Assembly (NCBI GenBank): GCA_023247725.1
Contig: JAHFFW010000002.1
Coordinates: 160-64,159, forward strand
Reading direction: 5' to 3'
Length of the DNA: 64,000 nucleotides
Source of the DNA: Candidatus Omnitrophota bacterium
GTDB lineage: Bacteria; Omnitrophota; Gorgyraeia; Zapsychrales; JAHFFX01
The position numbers were made by a program, and so were the translations under genes. The notes under the pieces were generated by a model. It made no database searches and was not told the DNA's origin. It was given only the letters and a program-made list of their open reading frames with translations. This document shows, piece after piece, positions 21,029-31,037 of this stretch (within the stretch, counting starts at the first letter, position 1; each line of letters starts with the position of its first letter).

Positions 21029-23482
21029 ATGAAAGATTTAGGAGCTAAAGAAAAGATCATTCCGGTCCCCATTGAAGAGGAGATGAAGGATTCTTATCTT
21101 TCTTATTCGATGAGTGTTATTGTCGGTCGGGCTTTGCCGGATGTCCGTGATGGACTCAAACCCGTACATCGGCGAATACTGTACGCCATGCAGGAATTGA
21201 ATTTAGAACACAATAAGCCTTATAAAAAAAGTGCCCGTATTGTCGGCGAGGTCTTGGGAAAATATCATCCCCATGGCGATGCGGCTGTTTACGAAACCAT
21301 GGTGCGCATGGTTCAGGACTTTTCCCTACGCTATCCTTTGATTGACGGACAAGGAAATTTTGGCTCCATTGACGGGGATGCGGCGGCGGCGATGCGTTAT
21401 ACGGAGGCCCGCATGGCGGCCGTGGCGGAAGAACTGTTGGCGGATATCGAGAAAGAAACGATTGATTTTACGCCGAATTTTGATTCGACGTTGAAGGAAC
21501 CAAGAATTTTACCCGGCATGATCCCCAATTTGTTGATCAACGGTTCTAGCGGGATTGCTGTCGGTATGGCAACCAATATGGCGCCGCACAATATGGCCGA
21601 GGTGGTAGAGGGTATTATTTATTTGTTGGACAATCCCGAAGCGCCGATTAAAGAAATTGTAAAATATGTCAAGGGGCCGGATTTTCCGACGGGCGGAATT
21701 ATTTGCGGACGTGAAGGCATTGTGGAAGCCTACAACACCGGTCGCGGCAAGGTGCTTTTGCGGGCTCGCGCTTCCATTGAGCGACAAAAAGGCAATAAGG
21801 ATTCCATTGTTATCACCGAGATTTCCTATCAAGTGAATAAGGCCAATCTCATTGAATCCATCGCCGACTTAGTTCAGAACAAAAGCGTTGATGGTATCAC
21901 TGATATCCGGGATGAATCAGACAAAGATGGCATTCGTGTGGTCATCGAGTTGCGCCGAGATGTCGAACCCCAGATTGTGCTCAATTATCTTTATAAGCAC
22001 ACTCAATTGGAAACCACCTTCGGTATCATCAATCTGGCCTTGGTGAACAATAGCCCGCAGGTATTGAATTTAAAGCAGTTGATTGAGCAATACATTGCCC
22101 ATCGAAGAGTGGTGATTCGTCGAAGGACGCAGTTTGACCTTGACCGCGCTCTCAAGCGGGCCCACATTTTGGAAGGCCTGAGAATTGCGCTTAAATTCAT
22201 CAATCAAATCATCAAGGTGATCAAGGAGTCCAAAACCACTCCGGAAGCCAAGGTGAACTTGATGAAGCATTTCGAGTTAAGTGAAATCCAGGCCCAGGCC
22301 ATTTTAGAAATGCAACTTCAACGGCTCGTTGCCTTAGAGCAGGATAAAATTGAATCGGAATATAAGGTGTTATTAGAAAATATTGAGATGTTCCGCGCTA
22401 TCCTGGCTTCGGAAAAAAAGATTGATGATCTTATTAAAGAGGATCTCTTGACGATCAAAAAGAAATATGCCGACGAACGCCGCACCGAAATTGCCGCCAA
22501 GGCCGAAGAAATTGAAGTGGAGGATCTGATTGCTGAGGAAGATATGGCGATCACGATCAGCAACACTGGTTATATCAAACGTTTGGCCGTCGACGCTTAT
22601 CGAAAGCAGAAAAGAGGTGGTAAAGGGGTTACCGCCATGGAAACCCGGGAAGAAGATTTTGTGAAGCACCTCTTTGTGGCTTCTTCTAAAGATTATCTTT
22701 TGATTTTTTCTAATAAAGGAATTGTCCGGTGGTTGAAGGTTTATGAGATTCCAATTGCTTCACGCAGCGCCAAAGGCAAGGCGATTGTGAATCTGCTTTC
22801 TATGGGCAACGATGAAGCGATCAGTTCCATTGTTGCGGTCAAAGAATTTAGCGAGGACCAATTTTTGGTGATGGCTTCCGCCCAAGGCAATGTCAAGAAG
22901 ACCAAATTGTCGGAATTTAGCAATCCGCGTAAAGGCGGGATTATCGGAATCACCTTAGAGAAGGGGGACTTCCTCATTGGAACGGCTTTGAGCGGAGGCA
23001 AGTACGACATTCTTCTAGCCACTCAACAAGGAAAGTCCCTGCGTTTTTCAGAAAAGCAGTTGCGCGATATGGGCCGGGCGGCTAAAGGTGTGCGGGGAAT
23101 TAAGTTAGGCAAGGATGATATCGTGGTGAGCCTCGTCGTTTTTCCCGTCGATATTGAAAAAACCGGTAGCACTCTTTTGTCCGTGACCTCGTTGGGTTTT
23201 GCCAAACGTTCCATGTTTAGCGCTTATCGGACACAGTCCCGCGGGGGAAAAGGCATTATCAACGTCAAGGTCACCGAAAGAAATGGTTTAGTCATCGGAG
23301 TTCTTGTTGTCACGCAAGATGATGAAATCATGGCCGTCACAAAGAAAGGAATGATGGTGCGCTGTGCGGTTAAGGACATCCGCGAAACTGGCCGCAGCAC
23401 CCAGGGTGTCCGTTTGATTTCCATGGAAAAGGATGATTCCGTCAGCTCGGTGGCAAATATTGCCGCCCGGGACGAGGAATAG
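21029..23482 (+). CDS. gyrA: DNA gyrase subunit A
   Basis: 817 aa; active-site region AAMRYTE, GyrA-box-like C-terminal beta-pinwheel repeats. Confidence 0.95.
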   Translation: MKDLGAKEKIIPVPIEEEMKDSYLSYSMSVIVGRALPDVRDGLKPVHRRILYAMQELNLEHNKPYKKSARIVGEVLGKYHPHGDAAVYETMVRMVQDFSLRYPLIDGQGNFGSIDGDAAAAMRYTEARMAAVAEELLADIEKETIDFTPNFDSTLKEPRILPGMIPNLLINGSSGIAVGMATNMAPHNMAEVVEGIIYLLDNPEAPIKEIVKYVKGPDFPTGGIICGREGIVEAYNTGRGKVLLRARASIERQKGNKDSIVITEISYQVNKANLIESIADLVQNKSVDGITDIRDESDKDGIRVVIELRRDVEPQIVLNYLYKHTQLETTFGIINLALVNNSPQVLNLKQLIEQYIAHRRVVIRRRTQFDLDRALKRAHILEGLRIALKFINQIIKVIKESKTTPEAKVNLMKHFELSEIQAQAILEMQLQRLVALEQDKIESEYKVLLENIEMFRAILASEKKIDDLIKEDLLTIKKKYADERRTEIAAKAEEIEVEDLIAEEDMAITISNTGYIKRLAVDAYRKQKRGGKGVTAMETREEDFVKHLFVASSKDYLLIFSNKGIVRWLKVYEIPIASRSAKGKAIVNLLSMGNDEAISSIVAVKEFSEDQFLVMASAQGNVKKTKLSEFSNPRKGGIIGITLEKGDFLIGTALSGGKYDILLATQQGKSLRFSEKQLRDMGRAAKGVRGIKLGKDDIVVSLVVFPVDIEKTGSTLLSVTSLGFAKRSMFSAYRTQSRGGKGIINVKVTERNGLVIGVLVVTQDDEIMAVTKKGMMVRCAVKDIRETGRSTQGVRLISMEKDDSVSSVANIAARDEE

Positions 23483-23508
23483 GGCGATTAATTTCTTGAC
23501 CATTGTGA

Positions 23509-23540
23509 GGGCGCAATTTTATAATAGCGCCCCTTTTGTA
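23509..23540 (+). terminator. putative rho-independent terminator after gyrA
   Basis: GC stem gggcgc(N12)gcgccc followed by cttttgtatt, 27 nt after the gyrA stop. Confidence 0.45.
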
Positions 23541-23603
23541 TTGTGGCAGTCCCTCGGCCCTTTGAAGCGGGCCTCAGGACGACAATTCGCTTCGCTCGTT
23601 GTC

Positions 23604-23680
23604 GACCCCATCGTCTAGCCCGGTCAGGACAAGAGCTTTTCAAGCTCTCGGCGCGGGTTCAAATCCCGCTGGGGTCGCCA
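23604..23680 (+). tRNA. tRNA-Glu (anticodon TTC)
   Basis: gaccccatcgtctagcccggtcaggacaagagctTTCaagctct...gcgggttcaaatcccgctggggtcgcca; matches the canonical tRNA-Glu D-loop (tcgtctag) and encodes CCA. Confidence 0.85.
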
Positions 23681-23732
23681 AGTTGTACCATAGAGAGAAC
23701 ATTACCTAAACCGCATTCCCCACCATTTCATA

Positions 23733-23751
23733 CAGGACATAATTGTTTTAT
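23733..23751. repeat. left copy of 19-bp direct repeat (target-site duplication) flanking the IS
   Basis: caggacataattgttttat is repeated exactly at 25182-25200, immediately outside the inverted repeats. Confidence 0.7.
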
Positions 23752-25181
23752 GTTACGTAACTTTTAAAAGTAGACATTGGGAACAGAAAGAATAGACATA
23801 GCCGTAGCCTTTCTTTCTTTTTGCTACTTTTTCTTTCTTTGTTAATTCTGTGAATATGTGGATAACTTTAGCGATAGCCCTCCAGGTGATATTGCCAGAC
23901 CTTCTGGTTGTTAATGAGCGCCATGAGTTTTTTGCCAGGGATAAAGGCGACGATGATTTTGCGGCCGGGGCGCTGACCGATCTTATAAGTTTTGCTCATA
24001 AATTTGATGGAATCGTCGTTATAGACCGTTCTTTCAAAGTGCAAAGAGAAGATAGCATCAAGGTCTCTATCTTTGGGAAGCTTTCTTAGCTTGGAACGTT
24101 TTTCCTGGATGGCTCTTTTCCAGCGTTCGTTGGGAATCTCGTGAGTTTCAAGATGCACTCTTTTTTCGTTATAAAAATAGACTAGATCAGCTAAGATTTT
24201 AGTCGCTTCCTTGAGAATTTTGATCTTAAAGCGTTCGCACTCTAGCGGAAGTCGGCGTTGGAAGTAATCGAACTGTTTTTCGATTTTGCCCTTGGATTTG
24301 GCATCCTGGGCGTAAAGGACAGTGACGTCCAATGAATTCATCACCCGTTTGAATTGGACTTTGCCTTCTTCTTCGGAGATACGGCGGGTGTAATGGATGC
24401 ACTCATCGGCCAGGTTAAATCTAAAGATGCTGTGTCTATCAACGTAATAGGCCAAGGGCAAGCCGTTTTCCTCGGCGATCTGACGCTCAAGACGGATATG
24501 CTCCCAGGCGCTTTCGGCTTCTTTCAGTGAGAAGCCAACGACTTTACGGGAATGGTCATCTTTGGTCATGATCAGATCATGATAACGGCCTGAGGATGGC
24601 AGCCAGACGTGATGCGAGGTATCGTGCTGATATAAAGCGCCGATACAATCCATTTCAAAACGAATACAGGGTTTTTGTTTTTCTTCCGAGGTCTGTTCAT
24701 AGTAGCCTTTGACGATGGCAAAACGTCTGATGGTATTGCGATGAAGGGTGAGTTCATAATTCTTTTGGACCTTCTCGGCCAGGTAAGCAAAATTGAATTT
24801 GTTGTGATAATGCTTGGCGTCATTTTTTAGATACGAAAGTTCACTGTGAAGAAAGCATTGGATATTGTGAGGGAGAGTGCGCTTTTTATTCTCCCCGGAG
24901 ACCTGAAGCTTGAAAGGTTGATCCTTTAAACTGGCCCGAAGCCATCTTTTACGGATTTTATAAAGACTCGCTCGCTTTACACCTAAAAGTTCGCAGGCTT
25001 CCTTCTCAGAAATCGTATGGTTATTAAACTGTTCTAACACTTGTATGACCCATTGTTTTGTTGACCGCTTGGCTAGTTGTGTCGTCATGGGACACCTCCT
25101 TTTTTAAAAGGATGTCCCAGAAAAAACTAAGAACCTATGTCTACTTTCTTGTTCCCCATGTCTACTTTCTAAGTTACGCAT
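23752..25181 (-). mobile_element. insertion sequence with rve-type DDE transposase (IS481 / ISNCY-IS1202-like)
   Basis: About 1.43-kb element bounded by imperfect terminal inverted repeats about 45-50 bp long (23753-23800, ttacgtaacttttaaaagtagacattgggaacagaaagaatagacata, versus the rc of 25135-25180, gcgtaacttagaaagtagacatggggaacaagaaagtagacata). It has a single transposase ORF and a flanking 19-bp direct repeat; inserted 52 bp downstream of tRNA-Glu. Confidence 0.7.
23868..25088 (-). CDS. DDE transposase (integrase catalytic core, N-terminal HTH)
   Basis: 406 aa; N-terminal HTH (ISEKEACELLGVKRASLYKIRKRW) and rve-like core with candidate D (YQHDTSHH), D (YYVDRHSIF) and a downstream E; intact ORF. 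Confidence 0.85.
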   Translation of the reverse strand: MTTQLAKRSTKQWVIQVLEQFNNHTISEKEACELLGVKRASLYKIRKRWLRASLKDQPFKLQVSGENKKRTLPHNIQCFLHSELSYLKNDAKHYHNKFNFAYLAEKVQKNYELTLHRNTIRRFAIVKGYYEQTSEEKQKPCIRFEMDCIGALYQHDTSHHVWLPSSGRYHDLIMTKDDHSRKVVGFSLKEAESAWEHIRLERQIAEENGLPLAYYVDRHSIFRFNLADECIHYTRRISEEEGKVQFKRVMNSLDVTVLYAQDAKSKGKIEKQFDYFQRRLPLECERFKIKILKEATKILADLVYFYNEKRVHLETHEIPNERWKRAIQEKRSKLRKLPKDRDLDAIFSLHFERTVYNDDSIKFMSKTYKIGQRPGRKIIVAFIPGKKLMALINNQKVWQYHLEGYR

Positions 25182-25200
25182 CAGGACATAATTGTTTTAT
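25182..25200. repeat. right copy of 19-bp direct repeat (target-site duplication)
   Basis: Identical to 23733-23751. Confidence 0.7.
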
Positions 25201-25282
25201 TGAATTTTCAATAAACCTTTGATATATTAAATTACTTTTTATAAGCATAGTGTTGGGAGACAACAGCAAATAAGGAGGGTTT

Positions 25283-25768
25283 ATGAAAAAAGTCGCAATA
25301 ATGATGCTATTGGTGGGGATGATGATCGCAGCAACTTCAAGCAGTTATGCCACAGAGACAAAAGATTTACAAGGGATTTATGAGCAGTGTGGTCTGGGCG
25401 GACTTTTATTTCCCCGCTGGCCAGTAGGGGCAAGCGTCAGTAATTTTACCTGGGATTTTGGTTCAACGGCATCAACATCAGGATTGACGACTCCGGATGC
25501 CTGCAAAGGGGGACAAGCAAAGCTGGCGGCCTATATCTACAATTCCTATGATTCGATCGAAAAGGACCTTGCCAAAGGCGACGGCAAGTATTTGGACATG
25601 TTGTCCATGTTGTCCGGAAAAACAACGGAAGAGAAAGATGCGTTCATCCAAGATGTGAGGACACAGTTCCGCGCGATCGTCGCGAGAGATAACTATTCTT
25701 CCCTGAGCCGTCTTGAAAAGGCAAAATTAGTATTCGCATTGGTCACGGGTGTAACGAACAATTCTTAA
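25283..25768 (+). CDS. hypothetical secreted protein
   Basis: 161-aa ORF with signal peptide MKKVAIMMLLVGMMIAATSSSYA; RBS aaggaggg upstream. Confidence 0.5.
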   Translation: MKKVAIMMLLVGMMIAATSSSYATETKDLQGIYEQCGLGGLLFPRWPVGASVSNFTWDFGSTASTSGLTTPDACKGGQAKLAAYIYNSYDSIEKDLAKGDGKYLDMLSMLSGKTTEEKDAFIQDVRTQFRAIVARDNYSSLSRLEKAKLVFALVTGVTNNS

Positions 25769-25816
25769 TCCGGGGAAATTCATCATTTCACGAAGCCGTA
25801 CTTTAAAGATTAAAGT

Positions 25817-27701
25817 ATGGCTTCTTTTTTTTCTCTTCTTCTGCGCTTTATTCACATCCGTAACTCATGCCTCGGAGAGCGAGTCTTATATCGAAAAAGC
25901 GAACGCGCTGCATCTGGCAGATGATCAGATGTGGAAAGACCTTCTTCACTTTCACCGGGGCCACAGCCTGATCCTGGATAAGGACTTCTTTTTGTCCGGT
26001 AGGGGCCGCCTCGATCCCCAAGCGGAAATGGAAGCAACGATCGAAGTCTATTTTATCCGGGAACATAAAATCAAGAGAGAATCGGGTGACACGGACATCG
26101 TCTGCATCTATCCGGCCAGATATACATGGCTTAACGAAAAGCTGGGTCTTCCGAATTTCAGGATCGACGCGGATGTTTGCCCGGTGCTAACCCAGTGGGC
26201 CCGCCTTGACCAAATCGAATCGGTCAGCGTACTCTATGTTAGTGGTTATCTGGGTAACCCTGCGTCTTCTTTCGGGCACGTCCTTTTAAACCTGAAGATT
26301 AAAGGCCAGGATGAGCTGATGGGCCTTTTCGACACCTCGATCACTTACGGCGCCACCGTCCCTCTTAATGAAAATATTCTCTTGTATGTCCTCAAAGGGC
26401 TCTTCGGCGGTTACTATGCTACCTTTTCAGACAAATTCTTCTACACTCATGACCAGGTTTATACCAATCGGGAGTTTAGGGACATGTGGGAGTATACGCT
26501 CGAACTGACAGACTTTGAGAAAAAGATGCTTATCTATCACATAGCCGAACTGCTCACGAAGAAATTCAGATATTATTTTCTCAGCGCCAACTGCGCCCAG
26601 CGCATGGCCGTCCTCCTTGACATCTTTCTCGATGAAAATTTGCACAGTTACCGTTACCCAGCATACGTTCCGGAAGAACTTTTCCACCAGATGGAGATCA
26701 TCGACACAGAAAGGCGCAATAAAAACAAATCCGGATTAATAAAAAGCATTAGATATATTCCATCCGCACAGCGTTACTTATTTTACGAGACCGAGCGCTT
26801 AACGGGCGAAGAGCGAAAGACCTTCCGGGATGTTATGAAAAGCCAACAAGAAGATTTCAGCCCTCTGCTTGATGAGCTGGACACCCAGAGCCGCATCAAT
26901 ATTTTGAACGCACTGCTGGCTTACCAGTATTACAAGCTGATGGCGAGTAATGAAGCGGAGGCCGATCAACGCTTGAAAGAATTCAAAAATAAGATCCTTT
27001 TGGCGCGGTTGGGGTTGCCGGCGCAAAAGGAAAATCCGGTGACCATTCCGGAAATCCCGTCACCCAGAGAGGTCTCGCCGCCCTCTTCGTTCAACACCGG
27101 GCTTGTCTTTGAGAGGGGTAACGACCCGTTCCCATCAGCGGGAGTGACTGTTTTCCGTAAGGAATCGGTAGGAATGAATGCCCTGGAATATAACGAACTA
27201 GTCGCGTTAAACCTGGTCATCGGGGTCCGTTCCGACTCTGGAAGAGTTTTTGTCGATACCTTTGATTTTCTCAAGATAAGCGATTTCAAGACGTACTGTA
27301 TCAAGGAGACGAAAGAGAACCCGTTGTCCTAGAGGGTTCGGGCGGGCCTTGACCGATATAGCACGGATGATGACGTTTCCTATGATTATATGCTGGATGG
27401 AGGTATCGGGTTGGCCCAAAAAACCGGCGAGATTGGTATTTTTTACGGATTTATGAACGCTTCTTTGCACTCACTTGATCAGCAATACCGGGCAGGGCCT
27501 TCAGTCGGACTTATTGTCGGTCACGATGCCCTGAAACTTCAGCTGGAATCCGGACTGGAGTTCGGGCTGGAGAAATACGGCTATATCGAAACCGGGCAAG
27601 TCAAACTTCAGTACCAGATCAATCGGCAAAATGCCATACAGTTATCTTTTGAAAAAACATCCCGTGAGCGTCTGACATTGAATTATATTTTCTACTGGTG
27701 A
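25817..27701 (+). pseudogene. DUF4105 (Lnb N-terminal domain) family outer-membrane/lipoprotein-like gene with two lesions
   Basis: The listed ORF 25929-27332 (MWKDLLHFHRG..., DUF4105-like) continues in the same frame after a single TAG (27330-27332) into ORF 27390-27701, which ends ...LTLNYIFYW (an aromatic terminus as found in OMP beta-barrels). Upstream, the ATG at 25817 encodes a signal peptide (MASFF...) that is out of frame by 1 nt within a T8 homopolymer (25825-25832). Deleting one T gives MASFFLFFCALFTSVTHASESESYIEKANALHLADDQMWKDLLHF. Confidence 0.5.
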
Positions 27702-28091
27702 TTTCATGCCTGCTTTTTCATTCTCCCTGCCATAAATTTGTCTCACGGGTAAAAATGACGTTCACACACTCATTCAATCTGCTCCTCTGTGGGCCGCTTT
27801 TTATGGCTCTCCCCCTGTTTTGAGGACCCTATTTTAGTAGAAAATTCTACTTGGGAATGGTCCAGAATTCAGGGAACAGGTCACCTTTGAAAAGAAACTC
27901 TCCGAATACGGTGCGGGGAGTAGACAAAATCAAAATACACCTTGTCTCACCCGCTCAATACTTCAAATGCGTATTTTTTTAACTGATGACACCCCGCTAC
28001 TCATAATCCCCCATTGATTTTTTCTCAATTATCTCTTCTCGTCTTTTCAACAATCGGGTATGATATGCTTAAACTACAGAGGCGGAATAAT

Positions 28092-28538
28092 ATGCAAAAC
28101 GATTATGTTTTATATACAATCGGCTATGAAGGCCGGAATATCGACGAATTTATCGTCAGATTAAAAAATTTTGGGGTCACTCGCCTTATCGATGTCCGGG
28201 AAATTCCTCTTTCACGAAAAAAGGGATTCTCAAAAACGGCTTTAGGGCGAAGATTAAACGAGGAAAATATCGAGTATGTCCATTATAAGGCTTTGGGAAG
28301 TCCGTCGGAAATAAGACACAAGTTAAAAGCGGATTGGGATTATGATTATTTCTTTAAGGTTTTTTCAAAATATCTTGCCAGCCAGAAGGATGTTATAGAG
28401 GAAGTTTATAATCGTTTATTTGACGGCGTAAATTGTTTGATGTGTTTTGAGTATAACCATGAACAATGTCATCGCTCGTGTGTGGCTACCAAGATAAAGG
28501 AATTTAACGGGAGTTTAGTCTCGGTAGAACACATTTAA
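28092..28538 (+). CDS. DUF488 family protein
   Basis: 148 aa from the internal Met (MQNDYVLYTIGYEGRNIDEF...), which resembles the conserved DUF488 N-terminus; RBS upstream. Confidence 0.65.
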   Translation: MQNDYVLYTIGYEGRNIDEFIVRLKNFGVTRLIDVREIPLSRKKGFSKTALGRRLNEENIEYVHYKALGSPSEIRHKLKADWDYDYFFKVFSKYLASQKDVIEEVYNRLFDGVNCLMCFEYNHEQCHRSCVATKIKEFNGSLVSVEHI

Positions 28539-28546
28539 AATGCAGA

Positions 28547-29329
28547 ATGCAATTTCAAACCAAGAAAATCCTCGTCACTGTTAAAACCTACCCCAATCCA
28601 AGCAAAAAATACGGTGAAACAGTTTGTTGTGCAGGCATTGATTTAGAAACGAACCAGTGGGTTCGCTTATATCCTATTCCTTTTCGTGATTTAGATCAGT
28701 ATAAGGCATTTAAAAAATATTCCGTCATAACTGTAAGTTGTTCCCACCCTCGTGATGATAAAAGACCAGAGAGTTTTCATGTGGATCGGGATAGCATTAA
28801 AATTCTGGAACACTGGGATACTATAAAGGACAAAAAATGGCAACGGAGAAAAGATGTGGTTTTTAAACTGCCGGTCAAATCAATGTGTCAGGTTTATAGA
28901 GAGCAACAGGAAAAAGATTTGTCTTTAGCAATGATTAGGCCGGTTGACATATCATTTGAATGTAAAAAGAAAAGTTCGACCGATATGCAATCAAGAGAGG
29001 CTTGTTATTCGCAGTTCAGCTTTTTGGATAAGCCTAAAGCGCCTATTGAAGTGATTCTGTATGATTTTTATTACAATTTTAAATGTTTAAATGAACCAGA
29101 TTGCGATTCGCATAAATTATCAATTATTGATTGGGAGATAGGGGCCTTATATAGAACCTTGCGGGATAGGTGTTCCTCAGAAAAAGAGTTATTGGAGAAA
29201 ATTGAGCAGAAATGGCGTGAAATCTCTGATACAAATAAGAAAGATGTCCATTTTTATGTCGGCAACATAAAGAGATTGCGAGATATTTTTATGGTATTGG
29301 GTGTCTTTTATCCGCCTAAAAACATTTGA
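28547..29329 (+). CDS. hypothetical cysteine-containing protein, co-operonic with DUF488
   Basis: 260 aa (MQFQTKKILVTVKTYPNPSKKYGETVCCAGIDLETNQWVRLYPIPF...); about 13 Cys (CC pair, C-x-H, CxxxxxC near LNEPDCDSH); 8-nt gap after the DUF488 gene; no family recognised. Confidence 0.5.
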   Translation: MQFQTKKILVTVKTYPNPSKKYGETVCCAGIDLETNQWVRLYPIPFRDLDQYKAFKKYSVITVSCSHPRDDKRPESFHVDRDSIKILEHWDTIKDKKWQRRKDVVFKLPVKSMCQVYREQQEKDLSLAMIRPVDISFECKKKSSTDMQSREACYSQFSFLDKPKAPIEVILYDFYYNFKCLNEPDCDSHKLSIIDWEIGALYRTLRDRCSSEKELLEKIEQKWREISDTNKKDVHFYVGNIKRLRDIFMVLGVFYPPKNI

Positions 29330-29477
29330 GTTGCGTCAATGTGTTTAAAACGGTATCATGGCCCTGATTGTAAAGGTTCGTTGTATTGTACAGCTGGGGT
29401 CGTTCTTCTTCGCCTCCGAATTTGCATTCAGGGGTTCGTCTTGTTTTTTAATTGATTTCTAATCGAAGGAGGAAACT

Positions 29478-30134
29478 ATGTTAAAGATTTACGGAAGTGA
29501 CCTTTCGGCCCCATCCAATAAGGTGCGTTTCACAGCAAATTATCTGGGCCTTCAGTATGAATATGTGAAGGTCGATCTGCGCTCCGGCGACCATATGAAA
29601 CCGGAATATAAAAAGTTGCATCCCGCCAATAAAGTTCCCTCGATCGACGACGACGGCTTTGTTTTATTTGAAAGTAACGCCATTATTCGTTATCTCGCCG
29701 ACAAAAAAGGCTCACCACTTTACCCCAAGGGGCTCAAGGAACGGGGACTCGTCGACCAATGGATTGATTTTGGCAGCATGCACGTGGGCGCTGCTTTAAT
29801 GAAGGTAGTTTATAATCGAATCTTTGCCCCCCTGCGCGGCATCCCCATTGATGAGAATTCGCTCAAAGAGGGGCTTTCTTTCCTCGACCGGTTCTTGCCC
29901 GTCGTGGATGAACAGCTTTCCAGGCACACATATCTCGTGGGAGAGAATTTTACGTTGGCCGATATCAATCTTTTGGCCTTGATGGATCCCTGTGAACCTG
30001 CACAAGTTGATATTTCAAAATATAAAAATCTCACCCGTTGGAGAAACGCTCTTCGCAAGGAATCGTTCTATACCAAGTGTCATCCAGATTATACCCACGT
30101 TTTGCAGAGCCTGCAGACGCCGGCAAAAAAATAA
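29478..30134 (+). CDS. glutathione S-transferase
   Basis: 218 aa; GST N-terminal thioredoxin-like motif (KVPSIDDDGFVLFESNAIIRYL) and C-terminal helical domain. Confidence 0.8.
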   Translation: MLKIYGSDLSAPSNKVRFTANYLGLQYEYVKVDLRSGDHMKPEYKKLHPANKVPSIDDDGFVLFESNAIIRYLADKKGSPLYPKGLKERGLVDQWIDFGSMHVGAALMKVVYNRIFAPLRGIPIDENSLKEGLSFLDRFLPVVDEQLSRHTYLVGENFTLADINLLALMDPCEPAQVDISKYKNLTRWRNALRKESFYTKCHPDYTHVLQSLQTPAKK

Positions 30135-30157
30135 CTCAACCTTTTCTTTAAATCATT

Positions 30158-30958
30158 ATGAAGATTGCCCTGGTTCAAATGAATTCCGGCCCCGATAAAG
30201 ATCGGAATATCGCCAGGGCAATTTTATTTGTCCGACGAGCCATTCAAAAAAAAGCCGAATTCATTTTGCTGCCGGAGGTTTTTCATTTCCGCGGGGCGCT
30301 GGATAAAGAGGCGGCTCTTCAGCATGTGGCAGAATCAATTCCTGGAAAAACCACGTGCTGCTTTCAGGAAATAGCCAGAAAAGATAAAGTTTTCATCCTT
30401 TTGGGATCCATTTATGAACTTCCGTTTAAAGGGGCAAAAAAAATTTATAATACTTCCGTCTTGATTGATAATCAGGGTCGAATTTCGACAACATATCGTA
30501 AAAGAAAATTGTTTAAAGTTCGACTCCCTCAAAAGCACATTGACGAATCAAAGATTTTATCCGCTGGACACAATTTCGTTACGGCGAACGTCAAAGGCTG
30601 GCGTGTGGGTTTGTCCATCTGTTACGATTTGCGTTTTTCCGAAATTTATCGAACCTATGCCCGAGGGGGCGCTCAGATTATTTGTGTCCCCTCTTCCTTT
30701 ACTTTTCCGACGGGAAAAGCACACTTTGAAATTTTATTACGCGCCCGCGCCATTGAAAACCTGTGTTACATTGTGGCCCCGAATCAGGTCGGCTCAAGCA
30801 GCAATGGCATTGCCGCCTATGGCAACAGCATGGTGATCGATCCTTGGGGAAAGATCTTGGCGCGGGCTGGCGCCCGAAAGGAAGGAATTATTTTTGCCAA
30901 CCTGGATCGGGGAAACATTGTTGCGAAAAGGAAATCCCTTCCGGGCATTTTGAAATGA
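30158..30958 (+). CDS. carbon-nitrogen hydrolase (nitrilase superfamily)
   Basis: 266 aa; E-K-C catalytic triad context (LPEVF..., RKRKLF, GLSICYDLRFSEIYR). Confidence 0.8.
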   Translation: MKIALVQMNSGPDKDRNIARAILFVRRAIQKKAEFILLPEVFHFRGALDKEAALQHVAESIPGKTTCCFQEIARKDKVFILLGSIYELPFKGAKKIYNTSVLIDNQGRISTTYRKRKLFKVRLPQKHIDESKILSAGHNFVTANVKGWRVGLSICYDLRFSEIYRTYARGGAQIICVPSSFTFPTGKAHFEILLRARAIENLCYIVAPNQVGSSSNGIAAYGNSMVIDPWGKILARAGARKEGIIFANLDRGNIVAKRKSLPGILK

Positions 30959-31037
30959 TTCTAAGATTGTCTTGTCGGCCCATTGTTTTTAGGTGTAAGA
31001 TGAAATCAATTTCAACAATCTAAATAAGGAACAAACG

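Noticed and set aside
23496-23525. TTGACC-N18-TATAAT promoter-like pair upstream of tRNA-Glu
   Set aside because: The -10 lies in the loop of the gyrA terminator hairpin; it cannot be told apart from chance in this AT-rich spacer, so it was kept only as an ambiguous note
27330-27332. Stop-codon recoding (TAG read as sense) as a genome-wide feature
   Set aside because: No other in-frame TAG or TGA was seen in the conserved genes examined (dnaA, dnaN, gyrA, gyrB, pheS, pheT, thrS); a single occurrence is more parsimoniously a nonsense lesion or local read-through
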